Virus record (IMG/VR): IMGVR_UViG_3300021963_000051
Coordinates: 47,967-111,966 of that record
Source: a virus
Strand: one strand, 5' to 3'
Length of the DNA stretch: 64,000 nucleotides
The position numbers and the translations under genes are program-made. The notes under the pieces are model-generated. The model was given only the letters and a program-made list of their open reading frames with translations, was not told the DNA's origin and ran no database searches. Of the stretch, positions 48,476-57,901 are shown in pieces (the stretch's first letter is position 1; each line of letters begins with the position of its first letter).

Positions 48476-48778
48476 ATGAGTAATGATTCTGATAAGGCAA
48501 AAAATAGTCATAGACGTTTCAAAGACGAAACATCTATACAAAAACAATTAAAAATAGCGAAATCAAAAGTAGGAGAATCACATAAAGAAGTTGATCAACC
48601 TCATAGGCTAAACAAAAAACATGCTTTAGATTGTGGAAATCCTAATTGTACATTGTGCGGAAATCCAAGGAAAATTTTTAAAGAATTAACAACACAAGAA
48701 AAAAGATTATTTCAAGATGTTGATAAAGTGAGAGATAGACATAGTAACGGATTGATAAATGACAAAGAAAACAAGTAA
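48476..48778 (+). CDS. Small basic Cys/His hypothetical protein
   Basis: HALDCGNPNCTLCGNPRK putative Zn site. Confidence 0.55.
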   Translation: MSNDSDKAKNSHRRFKDETSIQKQLKIAKSKVGESHKEVDQPHRLNKKHALDCGNPNCTLCGNPRKIFKELTTQEKRLFQDVDKVRDRHSNGLINDKENK

Positions 48779-49238
48779 AAAAACTAGAGCACTAGATTTA
48801 AAACAAGTTCTATCTGCTGTCGATACTCGCGATTACAACTTTTATGATTCTTTAACTCAAGATCAACTAAAAGAGTTCAGTCCCTATGTACTCATGAGAT
48901 ATGTATCAAATTCAAATGGGGATTTCGATATTCAAGAATGGTTTTTAGATAAAACCAATGAAACAGTTAATAAACATCATTGGGTATTGAGCAAAAATCA
49001 TAAAGCACTATTATGGAAGCTCTACGCTGGTGTAGGAACTGGTGTACCAATGTTTCATCAATATGTTCCTACTCTCAAAGTAGAACTGAACAAAATTGAA
49101 AAACTTATTGCAGAACTAAATCCATCAATGAAAACAGATGATGTTAAATTACTAGCAAGTATGATGACAGACGAGGACAAAACTGAGCTTTTTGACAAGA
49201 TGGGATTTGATAAAGACCAACGAAAACAATATCAATGA
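48759..49238 (+). CDS. Possible clamp-loader small subunit (gp62-like)
   Basis: FSPYVLMRYVS motif resembles gp62; size fits. Confidence 0.45.
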   Translation: MTKKTSKKTRALDLKQVLSAVDTRDYNFYDSLTQDQLKEFSPYVLMRYVSNSNGDFDIQEWFLDKTNETVNKHHWVLSKNHKALLWKLYAGVGTGVPMFHQYVPTLKVELNKIEKLIAELNPSMKTDDVKLLASMMTDEDKTELFDKMGFDKDQRKQYQ

Positions 49239-49933
49239 TGATTGCACTAGTTGAACAACCTTATAAATGTCATCACTGTGGCAAGAGTTTTATGAAAGAA
49301 AAAACTTGCTTCGCTCATGTTTGCGAACGCAAGCGCAGAGCCATGCAAGAAACTGAAAAAAGAGTTCAGGCAGGTTTTTTAACATTTAATAGATTTTTTA
49401 CATTAACACAAGGAAGTAAAAAACCTAAAACTTATGAAGAATTTTGTAACAGTAGTTACTACAATGCCTTTGTAAAATTTGGTAGTTTTGTTAATAATAC
49501 CAATCCGATTTATCCTGATAAATTTATAGACTATGTTATTAAGAGTGGTGTTAAGTTAGATCATTGGTGTAGAGATGAACTGTATGAAACTTATCTATAT
49601 GAAATTCTTAAAGTCGAACCAGTAGAAAGTGCTGTACAAAGAACACTACAAACAATGATGGATTGGGGAGATGAACATAACGCTCAATTTGAACATTACT
49701 TTAATTATGTAAGCCTAAATAAAGCAGTTCATGATATAAAAAACGGTAACATCAGTTCATGGGTCATTTTGAATAGTCAGGACGGAAAAACTATGGTAAG
49801 TAAGATGACTGATGATCAACTTGCTATTATCAGTCCGGCATTTGATATCAAATTCTGGCTGAAAAAATTCAAAGAGCATCCTGCTGATGTTAGTCTAGTA
49901 AAAGAAATATTAGAAGAGGTTAAGATAAAATGA
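49235..49933 (+). CDS. Hypothetical protein with N-terminal C2H2-like zinc finger
   Basis: YKCHHCGKSF...HVC. Confidence 0.6.
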   Translation: MMIALVEQPYKCHHCGKSFMKEKTCFAHVCERKRRAMQETEKRVQAGFLTFNRFFTLTQGSKKPKTYEEFCNSSYYNAFVKFGSFVNNTNPIYPDKFIDYVIKSGVKLDHWCRDELYETYLYEILKVEPVESAVQRTLQTMMDWGDEHNAQFEHYFNYVSLNKAVHDIKNGNISSWVILNSQDGKTMVSKMTDDQLAIISPAFDIKFWLKKFKEHPADVSLVKEILEEVKIK

Positions 49934-50343
49934 CACGATTAGAAGGTCATGTTGACAAAGGTTGGGGTTATGAATTAATTTGGGCCAGTACAGACAAATA
50001 TTGTGGCAAATTATTAACATTCAAAGAAGATTCTGAATTCAGCATGCACTTTCATGCTACTAAGGAAGAATCATGGTATGTGTTAGATGGTAAATTTATC
50101 CTAAAATATATTGATACATCAAACGCTAAAATAACACAAATTAGTCTAGGCAAAGGAGATATATGGCATAACATGCCGTTAATCCCCCATCAATTAAAAT
50201 GTGTAGAACCTGGAACAATTTTAGAGGTGAGCACCGCAGACAGTGTCGAGGATAATTATCGTGTAATGCCAGGTGACAGTCAAAAAGCTCAACAACTTTT
50301 AGAAGAAGAAAATGAACAAGATCATTATAAATGGAACCTTTGA
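49930..50343 (+). CDS. Cupin sugar isomerase-like protein
   Basis: KGWGYE, SMHFHATKEESW, PHQL, EVST. Confidence 0.8.
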   Translation: MTRLEGHVDKGWGYELIWASTDKYCGKLLTFKEDSEFSMHFHATKEESWYVLDGKFILKYIDTSNAKITQISLGKGDIWHNMPLIPHQLKCVEPGTILEVSTADSVEDNYRVMPGDSQKAQQLLEEENEQDHYKWNL

Positions 50344-50716
50344 TGTTTTACATCTAGGACATTTAAGATTGTTGTCATATGCTAGATCAATTATAGACAG
50401 TTATGTTTATGTTTTAATAGACAGTGACCGAAGAGTAAAAGAACTTAAGGGACCTAAACGTCCCTACAATACAGAATATGAAAGAGCTAGCTTATTATTT
50501 GCTCTAAAATCAGTAGACAGAGTTGATGTATTTGACAATGATTTAGAACTAGAAACCTTCATTAAAAATTACCAACCTGATATTATGATTAAGGGCAGTG
50601 ACTATCAAGGAAAAGATATAATTGGCTCACAATTTTGTAAAAAGATAGAATTTTATGACAGACTTGAAAAATACTCTAGTTCCCAAAAGATTCAAGATAT
50701 TATTAATAGGGGATAG
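50312..50716 (+). CDS. Nucleotidyltransferase, HldC/RfaE domain II-like
   Basis: NGTFDVLHLGH (HxGH), KGPKRP, PDIMIKGSDY. Confidence 0.88.
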   Translation: MNKIIINGTFDVLHLGHLRLLSYARSIIDSYVYVLIDSDRRVKELKGPKRPYNTEYERASLLFALKSVDRVDVFDNDLELETFIKNYQPDIMIKGSDYQGKDIIGSQFCKKIEFYDRLEKYSSSQKIQDIINRG

Positions 50717-51446
50717 TTGCGTAGATGAATATTTCATCGGACATTGTGAAAGATTAAGTCCTGAAGCTCCTGTACCTGTTCTAAAGGTTAACAACAAATA
50801 TTCAACCAAAGGTATGGCAGCTAATGTTAAAACTAACCTTACATCGTTAAATCAAATTGTTGATTTTATAACCAACGACAACATTATTAAAAAAACTCGA
50901 TTTATTGATAAAAAATCCGGGCAACACCTGTTAAGAGTTGATGACGAAACAAAAACCAAGCCGTGGAATGGTCATTATTTGTATAGGACAATTCAAGCAT
51001 ACGATGCTGTGGTAATATCTGATTACAACAAGGGTTTCCTAAATTATGAACACATAGAAAAAATTATAAAAGATTTTTCTATACCAATTTTTATAGATAC
51101 TAAAAAAACTGATATTGCTAGATTTGAAGGTGCATGGATAAAAATCAATTTCAAAGAATATAATGATTTAATATCTACACCAGCAGATAATAAGGGACTA
51201 ATTGTAACCAATGGTGAAAATGGAGCAATGTACAACCTGAAACATTATCCAGCCAAACGAGTAGAAGTTAGTGATGTTTGTGGTGCAGGAGATACTTTTT
51301 TAGCATCATTAGCATATGCCTATTTACAATTCGGATGTATAGATAAAGCCATAGAATTTGCCATTTGTGCCAGCAGTCTTAGCGTCCAACATAGAGGAAA
51401 TTATGCTCCTAAGTTGGCAGAAATAACCACTAAGTTTTTTTGTTAA
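50655..51446 (+). CDS. PfkB-family heptose-7-phosphate kinase, HldA/RfaE domain I-like
   Basis: RLSPEAPVPV, ISDYNKG, DVCGAGDTF. Confidence 0.9.
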   Translation: MTDLKNTLVPKRFKILLIGDSCVDEYFIGHCERLSPEAPVPVLKVNNKYSTKGMAANVKTNLTSLNQIVDFITNDNIIKKTRFIDKKSGQHLLRVDDETKTKPWNGHYLYRTIQAYDAVVISDYNKGFLNYEHIEKIIKDFSIPIFIDTKKTDIARFEGAWIKINFKEYNDLISTPADNKGLIVTNGENGAMYNLKHYPAKRVEVSDVCGAGDTFLASLAYAYLQFGCIDKAIEFAICASSLSVQHRGNYAPKLAEITTKFFC

Positions 51447-51449
51447 ATA

Positions 51450-51478
51450 TTGATTTAGATCAAAAAATAACCTATAAT
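51450..51478 (+). promoter_or_regulatory. sigma70-like promoter
   Basis: TTGATT-17 nt-TATAAT, 6 nt before ATG 51485. Confidence 0.7.
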
Positions 51479-51484
51479 ATTAGC

Positions 51485-52066
51485 ATGCCAGATATAGACA
51501 TTGATTTCGCAGATAGAACAAAAATATTGAATATAATTAAGCATGTTCCAGCAACTATGAATAATTTAGATGAAAAACAACGTAAACATAATACAGGCGT
51601 TTATTGTCATCAAGTTACTGTAAATCCAATATCCAAATCGTGTTCATTGGGGTTTAAAGAAGCAGAAGAAGTTGGTTTTTTTAAATTAGATTTTCTTAAT
51701 GTTGGTATGTATAAAGATATAAAAGATGAAGATCATCTTGTTGAACTTATGAACAAGGAGCCATTATGGGATTTACTGGAACAGGACGATTTCGTCAACT
51801 TGCTATTTCACGTCAACGGTCATGGTTCGATCTTAAGAGAAATGAAACCAAAGACCATACCCCAACTAGCGGCAGTTTTGGCCGTGATACGCCCCGCGAA
51901 ACGTTATCTGATTGGGAAAGATTGGACTACAGTGATGAACGAAGTATGGACCAAACCTGAAAATAATCAATATTATTTTAAAAAATCACATGCAGTTGCC
52001 TATGCTACTGCTATTGTTGTTCAAATGAATCTAATCTGTGATAATATCAGTTATGACTACTCCTAG
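51485..52066 (+). CDS. Minimal DNA polymerase III alpha (DnaE-like) catalytic core
   Basis: MPDIDIDF, KHNTGV, GFFKLDFL, LAVIRP, FKKSHAVAYA motifs in DnaE order. Confidence 0.85.
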   Translation: MPDIDIDFADRTKILNIIKHVPATMNNLDEKQRKHNTGVYCHQVTVNPISKSCSLGFKEAEEVGFFKLDFLNVGMYKDIKDEDHLVELMNKEPLWDLLEQDDFVNLLFHVNGHGSILREMKPKTIPQLAAVLAVIRPAKRYLIGKDWTTVMNEVWTKPENNQYYFKKSHAVAYATAIVVQMNLICDNISYDYS

Positions 52067-52424
52067 GTGTCCTAACCAACTGTATTGACTTACGCTTTAC
52101 TCTTTTTTCAGTTATATCACCTAGATTTACCATAGGACCAAACAGCAATTCTATGTCCTTGTAGTTAAATGTTTTTATAAATGGTCTATAGGCAATTGTT
52201 TCTTGTTTTAGGAAAATATTAATGGGTATTCTACGATTACTTTCCCACCACCAGACTTCACCTAATTCTAAAAATTTTTTCCTTAAAGCTTCATCAACAA
52301 TCATGCCTAAATCATAGATGCTTAAAACGCTGGCATCACAATTAAGAATGATACCTACATATTCTTTATCATTAGATTTTATACAACTTAAAAATGGAAA
52401 ATTGGTCTGAAACTGTTCTTTCAT
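52047..52424 (-). CDS. Hypothetical protein
   Basis: 125 aa; WWWESNRRIPINIFL motif. Confidence 0.6.
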   Translation of the reverse strand: MKEQFQTNFPFLSCIKSNDKEYVGIILNCDASVLSIYDLGMIVDEALRKKFLELGEVWWWESNRRIPINIFLKQETIAYRPFIKTFNYKDIELLFGPMVNLGDITEKRVKRKSIQLVRTPRSSHN

Positions 52425-52445
52425 CAGTGATCAATAAATATTACT

Positions 52446-53282
52446 ATGCAAACATTACCGATCTATTTATACCAAAACATCTTTGATGTAATTTTAGATT
52501 TGGACTTAACTGTGCTTGGAGTGAATCGAGTTATGTACCAACGTGACCTTAATATTCAAAAAGGCCTAAAAAATCAGGTCAAAATTCAGTTTAAGAATAG
52601 TGATCAAAAGAAGATCAGAGTCTATTCAACTCAAACCTATATTTTCAGCATGTTTGATTCAACCAATCAACGCATGGTTATTGAAAAACCTTTGGAAATT
52701 TTAGATATCGCTACTACATCTACTAAAGGACTAGCCCAATTAACCCTACTAGAAAGTGACACTATAGATTTACCTAAAAGCGATTATAAATTCACAATAA
52801 AATGTTTGAACAGCGACGGTAGCTATAGTCCAGCATATTCTAATACTTATTATGGAGTTAATGGTACACTACATTTGCTAGAAGATTCGTTTCCGGTGGC
52901 AAGACAATCAACAGTGGTAGCTAGTTTTTCACAATTTTACAATGCCTCTTCTCAACTCTATGAGTTCAAAAGTGGCAATATCTATGCAGAACCTGAATAC
53001 AATGGAAACTCTGCCTTACATACATTGGCATTTTATTTGACTGCCTTTAGAGGCACAGTACAGGTGTTAGGTACATTAGAAAATACGCCCGGATCTGGTG
53101 ATTTCTATAATATTATCTATACAAAAACATACACCCAATTTTCCGGTATTGACTATGCCAATATCAACGGTGTATATACCTACCTTAAAGTTATCTACAT
53201 TCCTGCCAAAGGTCCAACAGATATAGATAACCTCAACACAGCCTATTCCGGAACATTTGACAAACTTTTATATAGAAGCTAA
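52446..53282 (+). CDS. Hypothetical, probable baseplate/structural protein
   Basis: Ig-like beta pattern (IQKGLKNQVKIQFKNSDQK); TAAATA 5 nt upstream. Confidence 0.5.
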   Translation: MQTLPIYLYQNIFDVILDLDLTVLGVNRVMYQRDLNIQKGLKNQVKIQFKNSDQKKIRVYSTQTYIFSMFDSTNQRMVIEKPLEILDIATTSTKGLAQLTLLESDTIDLPKSDYKFTIKCLNSDGSYSPAYSNTYYGVNGTLHLLEDSFPVARQSTVVASFSQFYNASSQLYEFKSGNIYAEPEYNGNSALHTLAFYLTAFRGTVQVLGTLENTPGSGDFYNIIYTKTYTQFSGIDYANINGVYTYLKVIYIPAKGPTDIDNLNTAYSGTFDKLLYRS

Positions 53283-53285
53283 ACT
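53257..53285 (+). promoter_or_regulatory. sigma70-like promoter for primase
   Basis: TTGACA-17 nt-TAAACT, 6 nt before ATG 53292. Confidence 0.7.
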
Positions 53286-53291
53286 AGTAGA

Positions 53292-54320
53292 ATGAACGAA
53301 ATTCAATCTACACTAAACTTACATCTCCCACCAAACAAAAAAACAACCCCATCAGGGTGGATTTCTTTTAACGCTGTATGTTGTCATCACAACGGCGAAT
53401 CAAGAGATACACGTAACAGAGGTGGTATCCTTATCACATCAGATGGATTTCAATATCATTGTTTCAATTGTAACTTCAAGGCAGGTTGGACTGAAGGTAA
53501 ATTACTCAGTAGTAATACAAAAAAATTATTTTCATGGTTGGGTGTTAATGATTCTGAAATAAACAGATTATCCTTATATTCCTTAAGAATGAAAGATAGT
53601 GCCGCTGTAACAGAAAAGAAAATTAATCTAGATCTAGAAGAAAGGTCTTTACCAGAAGGTTCAGTAGATATCCAAAAGTATTGGGCAGATCCAGATGAAC
53701 CTTTACAGGTTAAGATTAGACATGCTATGAAAATAGTAGTTGATAGAAGATTATCAATGGTCCATTATCAATGGCACTATAGTCCTAATCCAGGATTTGA
53801 GGATAGACTTATAATACCATTTTATCAAAATAGAAAAATTGTTGGTTGGACTGCTAGAAAAATCACTGATGGCAAACCTAAATATATTACAGATAGCCAA
53901 CCTGGTTATGTTTTTAACATGGACAGACAGATAGCAGGTAAAAAATTTGTCATCGTCACTGAAGGACCTTTTGATGCCATTGCTGTAGATGGCGTCGCTA
54001 TATTAGGTAATGAGCCAAATGAAACTCAAATACATAGAATAAATTCTCTGGGAAAGGAAGTAATAGTAGTACCGGATAGAGACATACCTGGACTGAAATT
54101 AATAGATCACGCAATTGAACAAGGTTGGTCTGTGAGTTGCCCACCGTGGAGAGAAAATATCAAAGATGTATCAGATGCTCACGCAGAATATGAAGAACTA
54201 TACACACTGTATAGTATCTTACACTATAGAGAATCTAATAAATTAAAATTAGAGCTACTGAAAAAACAACAAAGAAGAATCATCGAAAGTATAGAACAAA
54301 TCAAAAAAGGCACAGTATGA
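53292..54320 (+). CDS. DNA primase (gp61-like)
   Basis: Zn-binding CC...YHCFNC, TOPRIM EGPFD and DRD. Confidence 0.9.
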   Translation: MNEIQSTLNLHLPPNKKTTPSGWISFNAVCCHHNGESRDTRNRGGILITSDGFQYHCFNCNFKAGWTEGKLLSSNTKKLFSWLGVNDSEINRLSLYSLRMKDSAAVTEKKINLDLEERSLPEGSVDIQKYWADPDEPLQVKIRHAMKIVVDRRLSMVHYQWHYSPNPGFEDRLIIPFYQNRKIVGWTARKITDGKPKYITDSQPGYVFNMDRQIAGKKFVIVTEGPFDAIAVDGVAILGNEPNETQIHRINSLGKEVIVVPDRDIPGLKLIDHAIEQGWSVSCPPWRENIKDVSDAHAEYEELYTLYSILHYRESNKLKLELLKKQQRRIIESIEQIKKGTV

Positions 54321-55729
54321 AGGCACCCAATTATAACCTCGATGTACAGAAATTATACTTAGAAATGTTTTTGTCTGATGCGGAATCATTTATAAGATGT
54401 CAAAATATTTTTGATCCAGAAAATTTTGATCAACGACTTCGTCCTGTGGCTCTGTTTATAAACAATTATGTAGATCAATATAAGATCATGCCAGAGGCTA
54501 GGCAGGTCAATGCTGTCTGTAATTCTTCTCTAGAACAAATCACTGTCCCTAAAGAAAATTATGATTGGTTATTAGAGGAGTTTGAAAGATTCAGCAGACA
54601 TAAAGCCATGGAAAGAGCTATTCTTCAATCCGCTGATTTATTAGAAAAAGGCGAATACAATCCTGTAGAAAAACTTATCAAGGATGCACTTCAAATAAGC
54701 CTAAACAAAGATATGGGCACTGACTATTTTGAAGATCCTAGAGCAAGATTAGAGTTACTGAAAAATTCAAATGGTCAAATTTCAACAGGTTGGCCTTCAG
54801 TAGACAAAAAACTCTATGGTGGATTCAATCGAGGAGAACTTAATATTTTTGCCGCAGGCTCTGGTGGAGGCAAGAGTTTATTTCTTGCTAACTTAGGTGT
54901 AAATTGGGCCATGGCAGGACTAAATGTAATTTATCTAACATTTGAACTTAGTGAAACACTGGTGTCAATGAGACTGGATAGTATGGTCACTGGAATTGCC
55001 ACTAGAGAGATTTTTAAGAATATCGATGACGTAGAACTTAAGGTAAAAATGGCTGGTAAACGTGCCGGAAACATACAGATTAAGTATATGCCATCGGGGA
55101 AAAATTGTAATGATATTCGTGCCTATTTAAAGGAATATCAGGTCAAAAAAGGTCAAAAACCGGACGTATTGTTGATAGATTACCTAGATTTGATGATGCC
55201 CTTATCAGTGAAGGTATCGCCCAGTGATTTGTTTGTAAAGGACAAATATGTATCTGAAGAGATTAGAAATTTAGCTATGGAAACACAGTGTATCACGGTT
55301 ACAGCTAGTCAATTGAACAGAGCGGCAGTAGAAGAAATTGAATTCGATCATAGTCATATTTCAGGTGGTCTAAGCAAAATACAGACAGCAGATAATGTTA
55401 TAGGTATTTTTACATCACGTGCTATGAAAGAACGTGGAAGATATCAAATTCAGTTTATGAAAACACGTTCTAGCAGCGGCGTAGGACAGAAGGTCGATCT
55501 TGAATTTAACATAGATACTTTAAGAATAAATGACCTCGGAGAAGATGAACCAGTAGCTCAGACTCAGTCGAATACAGTATATAGCAACATAAAGAGAACC
55601 AGCAGTGTTTCAAATAACGACCAACTGGATCCGACTAAAGGTATACCTACCCCGAAAGTAAAACCTATTATAAAATCAGGTGCGGAAATCAGAAATATTC
55701 TAGCTGAGATCAATCCTGAAAAGGATTAG
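54317..55729 (+). CDS. Replicative DNA helicase (gp41/DnaB-like)
   Basis: ISTGWPSVD, GSGGGKS, TFELSE, IDYLDL, ASQLNR, MKTR. Confidence 0.95.
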   Translation: MKAPNYNLDVQKLYLEMFLSDAESFIRCQNIFDPENFDQRLRPVALFINNYVDQYKIMPEARQVNAVCNSSLEQITVPKENYDWLLEEFERFSRHKAMERAILQSADLLEKGEYNPVEKLIKDALQISLNKDMGTDYFEDPRARLELLKNSNGQISTGWPSVDKKLYGGFNRGELNIFAAGSGGGKSLFLANLGVNWAMAGLNVIYLTFELSETLVSMRLDSMVTGIATREIFKNIDDVELKVKMAGKRAGNIQIKYMPSGKNCNDIRAYLKEYQVKKGQKPDVLLIDYLDLMMPLSVKVSPSDLFVKDKYVSEEIRNLAMETQCITVTASQLNRAAVEEIEFDHSHISGGLSKIQTADNVIGIFTSRAMKERGRYQIQFMKTRSSSGVGQKVDLEFNIDTLRINDLGEDEPVAQTQSNTVYSNIKRTSSVSNNDQLDPTKGIPTPKVKPIIKSGAEIRNILAEINPEKD

Positions 55730-56292
55730 AACCAAGTTTCTATTTGTTGTTTGGCGCTTTCTTCAATGACATGATGCCATTGGTCATAACCATTTACTGA
55801 AAAAATAGATTCAATATTGCCTTCTATCATACTCCAACTTAGAGTAATGTCATTCCACGGATGTATCATGTCTACTTCACCTTCTAAGTGACCAGGTAAC
55901 CATCTAGAGTATCCTGCTATGGCTCTAAACTGTAGAGGCCCTTTCTTTTCTGACAGCGCGGCCAATACACTGATGTCACTGCTGATACCAAAATTTTCAC
56001 CTAGTTTCTGTGTAGTAGCTGAACTCCAGTCCAAAGTATGTACAACAATTATCCTATTGGTATGTTCTGGACCACCAAAGTAAACTGGCTCATCTTTGTC
56101 TAAGTGTAGGCCCAAACCATGCATGACAGATCCCAAAGTTGTGGAATTTTCCAAGGGTTTGTTAATTTGTAGACCTATACATCCAGAATGGTCATGATCT
56201 ATCACTAAAACTACGCCTTTTTTCAGCACATTGTCATGTCTTTTAGGATGTGCTGCTATGAGATAACCTTTATAATTTTCTATGTCTTCCAT
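55726..56292 (-). CDS. YqgE/AlgH (DUF179) family protein
   Basis: GYLIAAHP, GLQINKP, YFGGP, GYSRWLPGHLEGE; likely start ATG 56292, 5 nt after TAAATA. Confidence 0.85.
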   Translation of the reverse strand: MEDIENYKGYLIAAHPKRHDNVLKKGVVLVIDHDHSGCIGLQINKPLENSTTLGSVMHGLGLHLDKDEPVYFGGPEHTNRIIVVHTLDWSSATTQKLGENFGISSDISVLAALSEKKGPLQFRAIAGYSRWLPGHLEGEVDMIHPWNDITLSWSMIEGNIESIFSVNGYDQWHHVIEESAKQQIETWF

Positions 56293-56321
56293 ATAGATAT
56301 TTAATAAAATAAATATCAATT

Positions 56322-57020
56322 ATGAAGATTATAGAATTTTTACAACCTGGCTTTGATCAACACAGTACACTGAATCCATTGTTATGGCAGGATGAAAAAT
56401 CTCTTCACCCGCAAATAAAGAACAAACTTTTAAAAATTGCTCAACATTTTAAAAAATATGTTGATATTGATTTTCCAATTTTAGATATAGTTGTCACAGG
56501 TGGACAAACAGGAAAATTCTATACAGAACACAGTGATATAGATCTACATATAATCACTGATTATGATAGAATACAATGCGATCAAGAAGCTAGTGAATTA
56601 TTTGATACTAAAAGAAAACTCTATCAGAAAGAATATGATATAAAGATAAAAGGTATTCCTGTAGAATTGTATGTAGAGGATAAAAATAAACCTGCAGTAG
56701 GTGGCGCTATTAGTCTATTGAAGAACAAGTGGATTAAACAATCAACTGAGCCTACAAAACAAATAGATAGTGATCGAATAATTAAAATTAGTGAAAAATT
56801 TAGCGATATAATTAATAGATCATTGGCATCAGATAACATAGATACACTAAAAAATCTAAAAGATCAAATTTGGCAATTTAGACAAACAGGTTTGGCCAAA
56901 GAGGGTGAATTTGGAACATCTAATTTAGTTTTTAAAACTCTACGAAATAGTGGGTTGCTAAAACAATTATTATCTAAAATTAAAGATTTGGAAAATAAAG
57001 ATCTAAGTATTGATCAATAA
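56322..57020 (+). CDS. Pol-beta superfamily nucleotidyltransferase
   Basis: VTGG...SDIDLHI, PVELYV, GEFGTSNLVFKTLRN. Confidence 0.7.
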   Translation: MKIIEFLQPGFDQHSTLNPLLWQDEKSLHPQIKNKLLKIAQHFKKYVDIDFPILDIVVTGGQTGKFYTEHSDIDLHIITDYDRIQCDQEASELFDTKRKLYQKEYDIKIKGIPVELYVEDKNKPAVGGAISLLKNKWIKQSTEPTKQIDSDRIIKISEKFSDIINRSLASDNIDTLKNLKDQIWQFRQTGLAKEGEFGTSNLVFKTLRNSGLLKQLLSKIKDLENKDLSIDQ

Positions 57021-57049
57021 AAAAGCTCACCTTTCAGTGAGCTTTTTTT
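57019..57049. terminator. Bidirectional intrinsic terminator
   Basis: AAAAAAGCTCAC-CTTTCA-GTGAGCTTTTTT between convergent units. Confidence 0.8.
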
Positions 57050-57248
57050 ATTTGAAATAATGCTAACTGCCTCGCTAAAAACAATTTCCACTTTATATTA
57101 TTAGATAAGCCAATATGATTATCTTTAGTTTCAACAACACGTAACCTATTTAGGTTTCTTGCTATTGAATCATCAAAAACAACTATCTCGCTGTCGTCTA
57201 ATTCTGCCTTAAGTTGAAGAAATCGTAGATCCGATCGGCGTGCTAGTA

Positions 57249-57392
57249 TTACTTCTTTGCTGGATCGGCTTTCTTTTCTTCTTTCTTTGCTTCTGCCTTA
57301 GGAGCCTCTTTCTTTTCTTCTTTCTTAGCATCAGCAGCAAAAGCAGAACTAATACCAAAAGCAGCAACTAACATAGCGATAACTGATTTCAT
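57249..57392 (-). CDS. 47-aa exported K/E/A-rich peptide (not in ORF track)
   Basis: MKSVIAMLVAAFGISSAFA signal peptide then ADAKKEEKKEAPKAEAKKEEKKADPAKK; AAGGA SD. Confidence 0.8.
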   Translation of the reverse strand: MKSVIAMLVAAFGISSAFAADAKKEEKKEAPKAEAKKEEKKADPAKK

Positions 57393-57481
57393 TTTAATTT
57401 CCTTTTTGAAATGTCACAAGTTTGTCTTGTGTATATATAAAAACGCCTTAAATACATAAAACGTTGACATATTATACTACA

Positions 57482-57901
57482 ATGGAAAAAATAAAAAAAT
57501 ATCTTTGGATGACCGCAGGATTTATCTTTTTAGGAATTGCTTATATAGGAGTCGTTACACCGGGAATACCTTGGAGTACACCTAGTCTAATTGCGGCCTA
57601 TTGCTTTGCCAAAAGCAGCGAAAGATGGCACAATTATGTAATGAATCATAGATTGTTCGGCCCGTTTATTCGTAATTGGCAAGATGGCCGTGTATTCCCA
57701 ACCTACGCCAAATGGGCCATGTTTATTTGTATGGACATATCACTTTTGATAATTTGGTTTACAACTTACAATGTGAAATTAACTGTAGGTGTTGGCCTGT
57801 TTATGGCATTTTGGATGATCTGGGCTACTCGTTATCCCGGAAGCAAAGAAGAAGCAGATCGAAGACGTGAAGCAGGTGAAAAACTAGGTTGGATCAAATA
57901 A
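57482..57901 (+). CDS. YbaN/DUF454 inner-membrane protein
   Basis: GVVTPGIPWSTP...AYCFAKSSERWH...HRLFGP...W; likely start ATG 57482. Confidence 0.85.
   Translation: MEKIKKYLWMTAGFIFLGIAYIGVVTPGIPWSTPSLIAAYCFAKSSERWHNYVMNHRLFGPFIRNWQDGRVFPTYAKWAMFICMDISLLIIWFTTYNVKLTVGVGLFMAFWMIWATRYPGSKEEADRRREAGEKLGWIK

Noticed and set aside
37889-55729. Inteins or introns in terminase, UvsX, UvsW, helicase or DnaE
   Set aside because: Lengths are normal or short, and no intein boundary motifs or interruptions are visible
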